64,000 nt of DNA, taken from NCBI GenBank assembly GCA_036785375.1, contig JAWMAR010000067.1, positions 3,410,001 to 3,474,000 on the forward strand, written 5' to 3'. The stretch is from Leucoraja ocellata (Eukaryota). Every line of letters starts with the position of its first letter. Position 1 is the stretch's first letter. The translations under genes were made by a program, and so were the position numbers. Shown piece by piece: positions 42,343 to 55,859 of this stretch. The notes below the pieces were generated by a model. The model saw nothing but the letters and a program-made list of their open reading frames with translations. It searched no databases and was not told the DNA's origin.

Positions 42343-43426
42343 TTCTCCTTCTGTTTTTTGTTTTTCTGTTTCTTGTTTTTTGTACTAAATTATATGTATG
42401 CACTGAGTACGAGCAGCTTTCAATTTCACTGTACATGTATAGTGACAATAAATGGCATATCTATATCTTTAGATGGGGCATCTTGATCTGCATGGACAAG
42501 TTGGATGAAGGGCCTGTTTCCATGCTGAAAGACTATGACATATTGTAGAAAGGGTGCAATTGCTCTGGAGAGGATCCAGGGGCGATTTATGAAGATGTTG
42601 GCAGGGCTGGAATTTTTTTTTCACTTTGAAGAAAGATTTGATAACTGGGATTGCATTCTCTGCAGCAACGGAGGTGAAGAAAATACTTAGTTGAGGTGAA
42701 TAATATTATGAGCTGTTTCACTTAACAAAGAGTGCAGGAAGGAACTGCAGGTGCTGGTTTAAACTGAAGATAGACACAAAACGCTGGAATAACTCAGCGG
42801 GACAGGTAGCATCTCTGGAGAGAAAGAATGTGTGATGTTTTGGGTCAAGACCTTCAGACTTAAGAGGTTGAAAACCAGCCATAAAACACAATGACTGGAG
42901 ATGTGTGTTATCCAACTAAGGGCAGAAATCAGAATCATGTGTTCATCTTTATTGACATGACACCATAATAAATATATTACAGAAAAAATAATTTAATACG
43001 GTGGCGCAGCGGTAGAGTTGCTGCCTTGCAGCGCCACAGATCCAAATTTGATCCTGACTACGGGTTCTGTCAGTACAGAATTTGAACATTCTCCCTATGA
43101 CCACATGGGTGTTCTCCAGATATTCCGGTTTCTCCCACATCCGTAATATGTGCAGGTTTGTAGGTTAATTGGCTTCTGTAAATTGTCCCTGGTGTGTAGG
43201 TACGATTAATAAGTACAATTAGTAATCCAATTTTAAGCATAAATGTTGCATTCACGTGTAGCTTAAGGGTCGCTACAGTATGCACCAGATTGCACAATTT
43301 CAAGTTGAAAAATGCAAAACCTCCCTACCATGGGAGGGGGCCCCCCTCCCACACCCTTCCCCCCTCGGTCACTACGCTCCCTTGCAATTTCTCACTCTCA
43401 ACTCTCACCCAATGTTGGCAGCCCTG
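41130..43426. mobile_element. Probable hAT element with nested repeats
   Basis: Termini cagggctgaac / gttggcagccctg. The minus-strand CR1 broken at ~41120 resumes at ~43430. TSD imperfect. Confidence 0.5.
41921..41998. repeat. (CA)n microsatellite
   Basis: Directly visible, with minor interruptions. Confidence 0.97.
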
Positions 43427-44200
43427 TGATTGACTGTGCCCCCAGGCTCTCATTAAATCTTCTCCCCACTACCTTAAAGCTATGTCCCCGGTTCTTGATT
43501 CCCCTACCCTGGATAAAAGTCTGTGTATTCACTCTATCAATTCCCCTCATAATTTTAAATACCTCTCTAAGATTACCCCTTGGCCACCTGCCTCCAAGGG
43601 AAAAAGTCCTAGCTTGCCCAATTTTTCTCTGTTGCTCAAGCCCTTAAGTGCTGGCAACATCCTCATAAATCATCGCTGTACCTTCGCCACTTAATAACAT
43701 CTTTCCTACAGCAGGGTGACCACAACTGAACACAAGATTCTAAACACAGCCTCACCAATGTGCTATGCATTTGAAGCAGAATGTGCCAACTTGTATAATC
43801 AATGTCCTGACTGATGAAGATCAATGTACCAAATGTCTTTTGAACCACCCAATCTACCTGTGACACAACTTTCAACAAACAATGTAATCAAACTCCTAAG
43901 CCCTTCTGCTATAGAGGACCCTACTATTCATTGTGAAGATCCTGCCCTGGTTTGCCTTCCCAAACGCACTTATCTGCATTAAAGCCCATTAATCATTCCT
44001 CAGTCACATGCCCCGCTGAGGACCGAGTAAGTCTTCAGATCTAGATCCTGCTGTAATTTTGATAACTCATTTCACAGTCCATGATACCAGCTACTTTAGT
44101 GTCATCTCCAAGCTTACTTATCATACCTTGCATATTTTAAACTAAATTGTCAATATAAGCCACAAACAGCAATGGGCCGAGCACCAATACCTCAGGCACG
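43427..44200 (-). mobile_element. Decayed CR1 LINE
   Basis: ORF 43663-43878: LVRLCLESCVQLWSPCCRKDVIK. Confidence 0.8.
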
Positions 44201-44805
44201 CCAGTCGAAATCAGCCCAACTATTCCTGAGTAAAAAACAAAATGGCTTTTGGATAGGCACATGGAAGTGCAGGGAATAGAGGGAAATGGATCATGTACGG
44301 GCAGATGAGATCAGTTTAACTTGGCCTCATGTCAGGCACAATCACAAACATTGTGGGCACAAGAGTCCGTTCATGTGCTGCACTGTTTTATGTTCTATAG
44401 CCATCAGGCTCTTGAAGACTACATTACATTAACCTCGGCAATTATGGACTTGGTTCCTTTTTTTCACTGGAATGATGGTACTTAATTTAATGATTTTATT
44501 TTGAATATTTTATTTACCTGCGCTTATTCTGTCTATGAGCCTGTTAAGCTGCTGCAAGTAAGAATTTCAATGTTTCATTATCGATACATATGCCAATCAA
44601 ACACTCCTGACCCTTGAATATTAGTGAAGAAAAAGTTTTAAAATAAATATTTTCACTATTAATGACCTTAACAAGAACTGTCTAATCAAATGCATATAAT
44701 TTAGGATAGGCATATTTCTGAAGTGAAGTCAAGTTTTATTGTCATATGTCCCGATAAGGAACAATTAAATTCTTACTAGCAGCAGTTCAACAGATATGTA
44801 AACAT

Positions 44806-45075
44806 GATCATCGTCATTGAAAACATCAACGGGCACGGTGCCTTACAATGCTATGTACGATACTGATCGCAACTTTTACAGAAGTGTGGATGGCCGTTGG
44901 CTCGCTAGGAGCTCATCCACCCTTTGACAGGTCTTGTTTTTGGTCCTGCTGGAGGTCCACAGCCCCCCTCCTCACCTGGCAAACCAGGTGGGGGAGACGG
45001 TTTAGTCACCGACTATCTGACCATGGAGCAAGTAGCACGGGACCCATGGCGGGGGGAACTCCCCCCAACCTGATC
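44806..45075 (-). mobile_element. Short structured retro-insertion with (ATG)n-like tail inside a Rex1 3' end
   Basis: Flanked by taaacat repeats. The minus strand ends tcaatgacgatgat. Several GC-rich hairpins. Confidence 0.55.
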
Positions 45076-48000
45076 TAAACATAGTACGCGGTAAACACCA
45101 TAATAAACAATTAAAAGGTTCAGCATATACTTGTATAAAAAACAAACAAACAATCATAATGCAAAGACAAAAAAAATGCCCCAATTCTATGTAGATCGGA
45201 GTTTATTTAGAGGTTGTAGTGTTTAATAGTTTGATGGTTGTAGGAAGAAGTTGTTCCTGAACTTGGACATTACAGTTTTCATACCTTCTTCCTGATGGCT
45301 GGAGAGAAATGAGGGCATGGCCTGGGTTGTGTGGGTCTCAAATGATGCTAGCTGCGTTTTTGAGGCAGCAACTCTTGTAGATCCCTTGAATGCTCAGGAA
45401 CACCGGTCACCACCTCAGGGATGTCATCTGGCCCCTCTGAATCAGTAGCTCTTGGTGGATTTTGGGCCACCTCGTTTTGAGTGTCTCTGGGCATGTACTT
45501 TTTGACACTCGATACATTTCTCTTATAGATTACATTTTCTGGAGACTTGACCATTTCGGAGTCACCTTGTGATGATGGATGCGTGTGATTCTCATGTACT
45601 CAGCAAACGTCTCGGGAACAAACTGTGGCCCGTTGTCAGAATACAACGTAATAGGCAACCCGTGTCTGGCGAAGATCTCTACTAATGCCTGCCCAGACTT
45701 TTCTGCTGTAGTTGACTTCGTCACTGCATACTCGTAGTACCTGCTATAGTAGTCTACCCACTACCATAATTGATTCACCTATTGGAGTGGTCCAAGAAAA
45801 TCAACAGCTACGTCAACCCATGGTCCTGTTGGCAACTTTGTACCTCTAATTGGTTCTGGTGGGTTGCTCCTGCTTGTGATTTGGCATCTGTGACGGGTCT
45901 TGACTAATTTTTCGGCATCTTTCTCACAACCTGGCCACTACACTTTGCTCCGCAAATTCTGTTTGGTACCGACGATGCCTAAATGTCCCTTCATGAGCTA
46001 ATGACACAATCCTTGTTCGTAGTGTCTGCAGGATCTCCAATCTGCTACCTCTCAGCACACATTGACCAATTACACAAAATTCATCTTGTATGGGAACATA
46101 TGCTTTTGTAAGGGCATTGATCCCATTGCCCACTGTGAATACGCTCTCTGATATCTTTTGAGTTCAGGATCATGTTCTGATTCCCTTTCAACTTCCTTCG
46201 TTGTCACGTCTCCTGGCATTGACTGAATTGCGACGAATCGCACAAGGTTCTCTGCTTCCATATCTAACATGAATGTTGCTCTCAGCTGTTCATCCTTCAA
46301 CAGTCTCGACAGCGGGTCTACGATGTTTGCTTTCCCAGCAATGTGGACTACTTTGTACTTGTACTGTTGGGAGTCTCAGCACCCAACGTTCTATTCTGAC
46401 ACATGGCTTAGACCTTGTCGAGTAGATCGCTTCCAACGGCTTGTGATCTGTAACAAGTTCAAATTCAATGTCGAACAAGTAAGCATGGAACCTTTCACAG
46501 GCCCACACTAGTCCCAGTGCTTCTTTTCTGTTTGAGAATATCTTCTCTCCACGCTGGTTAACGATCTACTGGCAAATGCTATGATTCTGGGTCCATCTGC
46601 ATGTGTCTGTACCAGCACTACTCGTAAGCTGACCGGACTAGCATCTGCTATGATTTTTGTTGGTGCAGCTGAATCATAATATCCAAGGGTTTCTGCACTC
46701 ATTAGACACTGTTTCAGTGCTTTGAATGCCTGTCTCTGTTCACTACCAAACTGGAATGGTACGTCTTTTCTGGTCAACTTTCTCAGCGGATCTGCCAGTG
46801 TAGTAAAATTTGGAATCCATTTTGCACAATAATTGACCAGTCCTAGAAAACGCCTCATCTCGGTTGCATTCTGAGGTTCATGTGCATCTGCAACAGCTTT
46901 CACTTTAGCCTTGGCCGGGTTCAGCCCTTCACTTGTGAGTCTGTGTCCCATGAAATCCATCTCAGAGACTCCAAACTTGCACTTGAATTCATTCACGGTG
47001 AGTCCTGCTTCTTGAAGTTTAGTCAACACTAGCTTCAACCTCCTGTCATGCTCTTCATGAAATGATGCATGATCATCTGATGTGTTTGCTGCGCTTGGTA
47101 CACCTTGAATCACTGTGGATTTCATACTGATAGATCTCGGGAGCAGCATTGATTCCAAAAATGTGTCTTTAGTACCGGTACAATCCGCAGTGAGTGACGA
47201 ATGTTGTCACCTCTCTTGACTCTGGATGTAATTCCAATTGGTGATATCCCCACTTGAGATCAATTTTGGAGAACACTTTACTGGTTGATAACTCTTATAG
47301 CAACTCATCGACCGTTGGAATTGGGTGTCTTTCTCTGATTATTGCCTCATTGGCTCTCCTCATGTCAATGCACAGTCTAATATCATCATTGGGTTTCGGC
47401 ACAATCACTACTGGACTCACCAATGGTGTTGAACGTTCACCTGGTTCAATAATGTCCTGATCAATCAACTCCTTGATTTTAGCTTCTACTTTTCCATGAT
47501 GTCGAAATGGCGTTCTCCGCACCGTTTGAGCTGTTGGCTTGACAGCTTCATCAATGGCTAACTTCACTTGCCGGCCTTTCAATTTTCCAACAACTTGGAA
47601 TACTGAGTGAAATTCCCATCATATGAGTGCACTGAATTGAAATGCACTCCGATGTGAAGCACCCCCAGCTCTGGAGCTGTACATCTACTGAGCAAGGGTT
47701 CTCCCTTCTCCTCTATCACCACAAATTCTGCTTCAGTTTCTCTATCTCCAACCTACTTTAGCCGTGAAACATCCAATGGTCTGCAATGGTTTAGTTGCGG
47801 TGTATGGATATAACTTCCTACTACACCTCCTTGACATGCACTTGATTTTCTGCTGTTTCAAGTATTCCCAAAGTGATCTGTCAATTACGTTGCTGTCACT
47901 ACCAGAATCTTCAGTCACTGGCGCTGTAACACCTCCGATGGTCACTGCATCTTTCTTGTGATGGCTATCATTCAATGCAAACTGATAATTCCTTTTAACA

Positions 48001-48981
48001 GCATGCTCACCAACTTCATCACTGTCTTCATCACTTCCAAAATCCCCCTCTACGTGATGGACATGACCCTTCTTTTTCTGCCAAGGTCTGTCTTTCTTTT
48101 CACTGGACCCTGCCTTGGAAGATTCACTCTTGTTGTAATTACTTGTCTTGTACCTGGCCTGACTTTTACATTTCTTTGCAAAATGTCTTTGCAAAATGTT
48201 CTACCTTTTGCTGGACAACATGCATCTATCCCTCTGTGACCCTTGTTGCCATACCTGTAACACTCGATCTCACGTTCAGGCTTGCTTCTTGGTCTACCAT
48301 AGGACAGCTGGGTAACTTGCCCAGTCTTGGAATCTTTCAGTTTCATGCTGTGAAATTGTCCCTCAACAGCTTCCATTGTCACTGCAATCGACAAAGCATC
48401 ATTAAGGTTTAACTCACCCCCTTTTTCTAGCAGCCTTCTCCTGAGCTTGTCTGACCTGCAATGCTGGACAACCTGATCCAATATCTGGTTTTCCACATCA
48501 GCAACCATATATTTACATCCTACAGACACCTGTCTGTCTTGTCACAAATCAAGCAGTCTCGCCCTCTTCCTGCTTTGTTTTGTGGAATAAATGGCGTTGA
48601 AATGTAGCATGCGGTACCACCACATAGTGACTGTTCAATGCATCAACGGCTTTCTTATAGTCTTCCTTCATTCCAGTGTCAGGGAGTGTTTTAAACATTC
48701 GAACCGCTGGCCCTGTGGTGAAGAGAAGCAATGCTCTCCGTTGCGCCTTATGCCCCGGCATACTCTCATCAAGAAAGAGCCCGCGACTGTCGGCATAGGC
48801 CTCGAATTCCTCCAGCCAAGCATTCCACTTCACGTTGACGGTTCTCGCATCACCCGTCGGATCGAAGTGAGGAACTCGGCGAAGTGCGAACAAATCAGCT
48901 CCAGCGGTTGCCATTATGAAACATTTTTCTAACCTTTTTCCAGCTCCTAGCCACGGATTCAGAATCCAAAATATTCAAAAT

Positions 48982-48994
48982 ATCCTCGTCGCCA
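48982..48994 (-). promoter_or_regulatory. Primer binding site, tRNA-Ser(GCU)-type
   Basis: TGGCGACGAGGAT is complementary to the tRNA-Ser(GCU) 3' end ...AUCCUCGUCGCCA (recalled); 1 nt from the LTR end. Confidence 0.8.
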
Positions 48995-48995
48995 A

Positions 48996-49196
48996 TGTCA
49001 CATCTTCGCCGAAGATGTGGAATAATAATACTGACACAATATTTACAGGTTACATTCCTTTGTCTCTGTTTATTATCTCCCCCGGCCATGGCCTCCTGCC
49101 TTGGCTTACACAGCGCACATGCGACCTGACCTCCAAGTCAGCTGATACAAAGGTCAAGATATTTGCATATCATTATCATGACTCATCATCATGACA
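48996..49196 (-). repeat. 5' LTR (201 bp) of the Gypsy element
   Basis: TGTCA...TGACA termini, internal AATAAA on the minus strand, immediately followed by the PBS. Confidence 0.8.
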
Positions 49197-51755
49197 GTGA
49201 CTACCTGTGATAGACTGGGCAGATTGAGTGCAGATTGAAAATGGATAATCAGTTTTGACTAAAGGCAAAAATACTCTAAAATGTCATTAGTTACATTTCT
49301 TTTCCTGGTCCTGGCCCTTCTACTGGGGCAGACGCAGAGCAGACAATATTTTTCAAAGGAGAGTGATGTTCAAGCAGAAAGCATTACAGTAAAATTAGGA
49401 GTTGTGGGTCATTGATTAATGACAGTATGGAGTGAGTGGGCAAGAATAAGGGAAATTTGAGAGAATGTGTGGAAAAAAAAATCTGAAGTGCTTGAAGAAA
49501 GGTCCCGAGCCGAAACTTCTCCTATCCATGTCATCCAGGGATGCTGCCTGCCTGCTGAGTTACTCCAGAACTTTGTATCCTTTTGTGTACACTAGCATAT
49601 GCAGTTCCTTGTTTCCACATCTAGAACCATCTTTAACTTGGTCTGCATCTGCAAACACAACAAGGTTGGCCACAGATGCCTTGGTTGGTGGCAAGTAAAT
49701 AGGCCCCAAGGATCAAGACTTTGAGTGCTGCTCAACAGAGTTTTTATGAGGAGAGTTTCATGGATTGGACAAATAAGTACATGGAACATAGGGAGGGTCG
49801 GGAAGGGTGGTTAGTAAGGGGAATGGCAGTTAGGTGACTTTGGGTGTTCATGATAAGGGGTTTGGAGGTTTGGGATATTCATGCTAAGGACATTTAGGTG
49901 TGAGATCTGGATCAGTAGTTTACTAGAATCCCAGGGAATTATGGATCAGGCAGGAACATGAGGTGGATGCTCAGCCCTGATCTTATCAAATGATGGAGCA
50001 ATCTCAGGGGTATTTCAGACAGAAGAAGGATCTCGACCTGAAATATCACCCATTCCTTCTCTCCAAAGTTGCTACCCTGTCCCGCTGAGTTACTCCAGCA
50101 TTTTGTGTCTATCTTCAGTGTTAATCAGCATTTGCAATTCCTTCCTACACATTTCGTCTGTGGTATTTCCATGGATAAACAGCAGTGATTTGAAAGAGGT
50201 ATTCTACAGCCAGCACAGGAGTACAGCTTGGACAATATCAAGTTCTTAAATCTTAACATTACACAGTTAATGATTTTAGCGTGAAATTTATTAATTATGC
50301 TACCTGTTAAAATTAATAATTTAAATGTATTTGTTAAAATAGCAAACCATGGATGTAATGCGACTGTATAAGCCATTCCTCGATTAATATTTTGATTGCA
50401 TAGCAACAGGTACCTGCAACACTTGCACTATAAGTCTGGCTGTGATGAAGCAGCATATAATTGTGACAAATGATCTCAAGTAAGCTGCTAATGAGAAATA
50501 GTATTGGTTAAGCAACAATGTTATTTTTTCCAGGCATATAATTACAGAAGATAACGGATGTATCCTTGCACAAAATGGCATCTGATAGTCTGAAAGATTT
50601 GCAATGTATCAGGGTCATCAAGCAATCCATGTGTTGATTGATGAAGTGATCACTGCCTAATGAGGTCACACCTGCCATCCATTATTTATCTACTCCACTA
50701 CAGAAACCGTTTACAGCCCATAACCCTACTCAATGTCAAGTGATTGAAAGACCCTGGCATTATTCGGGAGCTGTGAACAATATAATTAAGGCAATGACTA
50801 TGCTGCCCAGCAAAATTAACCAACGCTGCATGAAGAGCCAAAATAATTAGCAGCAACAACACAAAAGTGCAATGTGTAATAATGTTGAATATATTCGCTG
50901 TATTTTATAAAGCTTCACTTACGACTTTACTTTAGACTTTAGAGATACAGCACGGAAACAGGCCCTTCGGCCCACCGAGTCCACGCATTTCAGCGATCAC
51001 ACCATACACTAACACTGTCCCACAGACCAGGGACAATTTTTACAACTTACAAAGCCAATTAACCTACAAACTTGTACATCTTTGGAGTGTGGGAGGAAAC
51101 CCACGCGGTCACAGAGAGAATGTACAAACTCCGTACAGACAGCTCCCGTAGTCAGGATCGAACCTGGGTCTGGTGCTGTGAGGCAACAAGTCTGTTGCTG
51201 CGCCACTGTGCTGCCCTGATTTGTTTCTGATTTGATTGAAGATCACTTCGTAAAAAGGAAAGTTGACTGAGAACACTTTCTCCCTTAAATTGTAAATAAC
51301 ATCTTTGACTTTTTATATTATTATTTACTTGACAGTAAATTAATTAAGATTAGTTTTCATGTCCTGATAACATGATGGATTGAATGTGTTTCACACCATC
51401 TCACTGACCTCCCTTTCTTTCATGATAATCTTGAAAATGAACTCCACAATTCAAGAAAGTGTTGCCAAATACTTAAATCATTTACCTGGAATTGAGCCAC
51501 TGAAATACTTTGTTGTTCCACTTTTCAATATTTTACTCAGGACGTGAAAACTAATCTTAATTTAAAACCTGATGAAAGAAAATAGCTTTTTTAACCCCTT
51601 CTTTGCAAGACACACCACAGGAATACAAAAGACAAATAATTCAAAATCTTGAGGAAAAATGTAAAAATATCTACTCTTGGATGGATAAAGTAATGAGTGC
51701 CAGCCATGACTCAGCTGAAAACACTCTTGAAACAAAGTTGTAATTTCAAGCCTGA

Positions 51756-52072
51756 AGGGGCTGTCCCACTGTACGAGCTAATTCAAGAGTTCTTCCGAGT
51801 TTCCCCTGATTCGAACTCGGAGAATTACGGTAATAGCCGCTCGTAGGTACTCGGGGCTCTCGTGGACATTTTTCAACATGTTGAAAAATCTTCACGAGTC
51901 TTCATGAGCTTACCGCGTTTCCCGAGTACCTGCCGTTAGCGTTACGAGCCGCTAAGAGACATCCCGAGCTCCGACGTACCCGCTACGTACATTCTACATG
52001 CTACCACGAGCTTGATTTTTTTTTTTAACTCGGGAGAGCTCTTGAATCAGCTCGTACAGTGGGACAGCCCCT
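51756..52072. mobile_element. PIF/Harbinger-type MITE
   Basis: TIRs of ~45 bp aggggctgtcccactgtacgagct / agctcgtacagtgggacagcccct; 3-bp TSD TGA. Termini are related to the 27032 MITE. Confidence 0.85.
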
Positions 52073-53692
52073 TGACTCAATAGACCTGATGCAAAGATCT
52101 AGATTTACATGACTGTAGTGCTGAGAACATGCAGCACTATTGGAGGTGCCATCTATTGAATGAGATGCCAAACCAAAGCTTTGCCTTCCCAGTAGAAACA
52201 ATTTCATGCCGGGACCCTTCTTCAGACTCTTGAATGGTGAACAATATCATGTCTGAACGAGGGTCCTGCCCCGAAATGTCCATGTTCTCCAGAGATGCTG
52301 CCTGACCCACTGAGTTACACCAGCACTTTGTGGCCTTAATGCCACAAAGTGCTTCTTAATGCCAGAAGTAAATCCTTTGGCTGATGTCTTTCTGTCTCCT
52401 GTCTCCTGTCTCCAAGTTTCAGTTAGCAGGACTAGGATTCAAGTTTCCTACACTCTTCTCCTGCGTTAATGAGTTGATATTCCAGGTAGGTAAAGATGAG
52501 TTGAAATAATTCCTGGAGCAAGTCAAGAACACGGATCAATGCACTGTCCAAAGGAATCGTGTACTATCCTTCGACATGATCAACAGTCTTAGCACAACAT
52601 AAGGGTTTGCTTCGTTTGAAAATAAAATTGGTGTATTGTCTTTTACAATCAAGGTTAAGGAATCAAACAATTCTAAAAGTGTTATTTTACTTGGAAGTTG
52701 ATTCCATCACCATTAAGGAGAAAAACACCAGTTAGCATAGCTTTCCCATGGCAGTGATGTAACTTTGTTAAGAAGGCTGCCTTCAGCCAAAACTCAAAAT
52801 AGACCAATGACGTTAGTCAGCAACATTTCCTACATCTCCTCACTCCTCCTTCTTCATAGCACAGTATTTATTCAACAGAAAGAATATACTTGCCCCTCGA
52901 CTCAATTATCAGATACATAAACTGAGTCCATACTTTCAACAGATGTTTAATTAGTGGATTTGGTGAACCCCAAGAGTGAAGAAGGACCAGAAAATATATC
53001 TCAGAAATAGTGGTGGGCCAAGGAGAGTTAGGGCAATGTACGTAGATCATTAAAATCACATGGACAGATGCAAAATATTATCCAAATAGCTGATGCAATA
53101 TCATTCTGTATCTTCCAATCCTCTAGAGATAACGAGACTACAGATATATAAACTATGCTTAGATTATATCTTGAACACAATACACCACTGGACATTGCAC
53201 TTTAGCAAGTATGTATTGTTTTCTGATGGAATGCAGAGTTAATTTACCAAAATGATACCTGAACTCCAAGGCAAAAATTATGAATCAGTAACTATTTCCA
53301 AGAATCCAGATTAAAGCTCGATACAATTACTTTTTTATTACTTTAAAGGGAACATTATGACATTTATGCAGTGGATTAGTAATTCATGCTGGTTGGGAAA
53401 TCTCAGACAAAGAATCATGGTTTAAAAATTAAACTCTAGTGCTGTAAGGCAGCAAATCTACCGCTGTGCTGCCCCTTATCGAGTGGATAGGGAAAGCAAC
53501 AATAGATAGTAGTAGACCATATGGTTTGCTCCTGAAACTATTATTTTGTTGTAAACGACAATTTAAAAAAGTTTACAAATCTGAATCTTGCTGTAACATA
53601 CTAAAAATAATCTATTTTTTCAGTCATTCTCAAATTATTATTTTTTTTAGTTTTGATGGTAATATGATTACACAAATTACTCAAGTTCACCT

Positions 53693-54795
53693 GGACCATT
53701 TCCGACATCTCCCTACCGTTCCTTGATCTCACCATCTCCATCGCAGGTAACAGACTACTGACCGACATCTACTACAAACCCACTGACTCCCACAGCTATC
53801 TTGACTACACTTCTTCCCACCCTGCTTCCTGTAAGGACTCTATCACTTACTCCCAATTCTTCCATCTACGCAGCATCTGCACCCAGGATGAGGTGTTCCA
53901 GACCAGGGCATCGGAGATGTCCTCATTCTTTAGGAAACGTGGGTTTCCCTTTTTTATTATAGATGAGGCTTTCACCAAGGTCTACTCTATATCCCGCAGC
54001 TCCGCTCTTACTCCCCATCGCCCTACTCATAACAAGGGCAGAGTCCCCCTTGTCCTCACCTTCCACCCCATCAGCGGTCGTATCTATATTACTAAATCTC
54101 TGTTTTTGACCGCTTTTGGCCTTCTGTGCTGCGATTTCAGAGAGAACGCCTTCATTTTTGGCCACCTCGCTCAGAGCCCCCCTCGCTCAGAGCCGCATGT
54201 GTGCCGAGGATTTTTCCCGTCGATGAAAAATGACAGAGATATTAATGTTTTTACAAAACAACAGTCTTTCCAGGTGAGGCAGAGGTTCACCTGCACCTCC
54301 TCCAACCTCATCTACTGCATCCGCTGTCGTAGGTGTCACCTTCTCTACATTGGCGAGACCAAGCGTAGACTCGGCGACCGCCTTGCCCAACACCTCCGTT
54401 CAGTCCGTACTAACCAACCTGATCTCCCAGTTACCCAGCACTTCAACTCCCCCTCCCATTCTGAATCTGACCTTTCTGGCCTGGGCCTCCTCCATTGCCA
54501 GAGTGAGGCCCAGCGTAAATTGGAGGAACACCTCATATTTTGCTTGTGTAGTTTACACCCCAGCGGTATGAACGTCAACTTCTCTAATTTCGGGTAGTCC
54601 TTGCTTTCCCCCTCCTTCCCCTCCCCCTTCCCAGCCCTCCCACATAGCCTACTGTCTCAGCCTCTTCATTTCTTTTTCCTGTCCCCCCCACCCCACATCA
54701 GTCTGAAGAAGGGTCTCGACCCAAAACGTCACCTACTCCTTTTCTCCATAGATGCTGCCTCACCCGCTGAGTTTCTCCAGCATTGTTTGTCTACA
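53693..54795 (+). mobile_element. Penelope-like element 3' fragment (RT C-terminus, GIY-YIG endonuclease, terminal hammerhead-like motif)
   Basis: TDIYYKPTDSHSYLDYTSSHP; SSFFRKRGFP; FTCTSSNLIYCIRCRRCHLLYIGETKRRLGDRLAQH; HPSGMN. Followed by ctgaagaagggtctcgacccaaaacgtcacc at ~54703. Confidence 0.92.
54085..54257 (+). mobile_element. Helitron 5' fragment inside the Penelope element
   Basis: a|tctatattactaaatctctg resembles the 5' ends of the other Helitrons here. It replaces Penelope linker sequence. Confidence 0.6.
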
Positions 54796-55441
54796 CAAAT
54801 GCAATACATGTTTTGAAGATTTTATAAGAAATGAGATTGATTATTTGGATACTTGCAGATTCTGAAAATTTAAAAAGTGTGTCTGACTATTTTGTCAGGT
54901 CTCAATAGCCTGAATAATCAGCTCATCACCATGAAATACAAGTTCTTTGTTTTTGGTGTCAAGACATTTTATGTTCATCGCATATCAGCAGAAGTATTAC
55001 TGCCTGCTAACATTGTTCTTTAGTTATTACAGTGACTTTACCACATTGCAATGTACTTTGGAGACCTATTCACTACATATTGAGATGATTCACAGTGAGA
55101 AAATAAATCTAGCACCATCTTCCTTTATGATCCACACCTCTTTCTCCTCCCTCCCTTTCAACATTTAGATGGGACTATGCCTTTTGTGACTTTCATCTCC
55201 ACCAACTACTCCCGGCACTCTCCTGCAACAACGGAAAATGCAGCACAAAATCCTTCACCTTATCCCTTCGCACTGGCCAGGAAAATGCACTGTCCTTTCA
55301 GGTGAAACAACAATTTACCTATATGTCTTCCAATCTATATATTATAATGTCCCATCATCACACGTGAGGGCTGGTTGCCAACACAATATTCCACCTCTCC
55401 ACCAATTCTAATATTGGTGGCTAGTGGGAGTGGGGTGGGGT

Positions 55442-55476
<35 letters not shown>

Positions 55477-55652
55477 CTGGAGTGCTAGTATGGGTGTTGT
55501 GGGCTGAAAGGTCTGGTTTCCAGAGGGCTAGTATGGACATTGTGGGCCGAATGGATTCTTGGGCTGGCGGCTCAAGCCTGTTGTGCTGGCAGTTCACTCA
55601 CTCACGGCTGGTGGGCTGGCAGTTGACTCATGGCTATTCCTTTAAATTCCAT

Positions 55653-55770
55653 TTCAAGCAGGGTGCAAGGCCACCAAATTCAAGTGCAGTTTCTTACCAC
55701 TTCAAGCAGGGTGCAAGGCCATCAAATTCAGGTGCAGTTTCATACCATTTCAAGCAGGGTGCAAGGCCAC
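55653..55770. repeat. About 3 tandem copies of a ~48-bp unit within a Helitron-related fragment (~55350-55860)
   Basis: ttcaagcagggtgcaaggcca occurs three times. Upstream gagggctggt...aatattccacc matches the Helitron at ~15520. Confidence 0.7.
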
Positions 55771-55859
55771 TAAAGGCAGCGTGTCATGACCTCTACCTCC
55801 TCCATCTTGCAGAGACTGAGCCACGCCCACACTTCTGGGTTTTATAGTCCCTCCCACTG

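Larger units (their letters stand above)
45396..49196 (-). mobile_element. Ty3/Gypsy (Mag-like) LTR retrotransposon, decayed, 3' LTR missing
   Basis: Gag (KWNAWLEEFEAY; CYRYGNKGH..C knuckle), protease (EDSGSDSNVI), RT (IRLCIDMRRANEAIIRERHPIPTVDELL), RNase H (ADAS, RRYSQTEK, TDHKPL), integrase (LYSDNGPQF), in Gypsy order. Many frameshifts. Confidence 0.93.

Noticed and set aside
42998-43075. tRNA gene
   Set aside because: tRNA-derived SINE head that continues into the SINE body; no complete cloverleaf.
51486-51568. Candidate minus-strand exon (ttcatcag ... gtaaa)
   Set aside because: Stop codons in all three frames, and the flanking CLIP4 exons already join in phase.
55431-55473. Long homopolymer G/C runs (also ~8125, 16441, 42301)
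   Set aside because: Simple runs with unreliable assembled length; no functional evidence.
55653-55770. CRISPR-like repeat array
   Set aside because: Plain tandem repeat without unique spacers, in eukaryotic DNA, with no cas genes.
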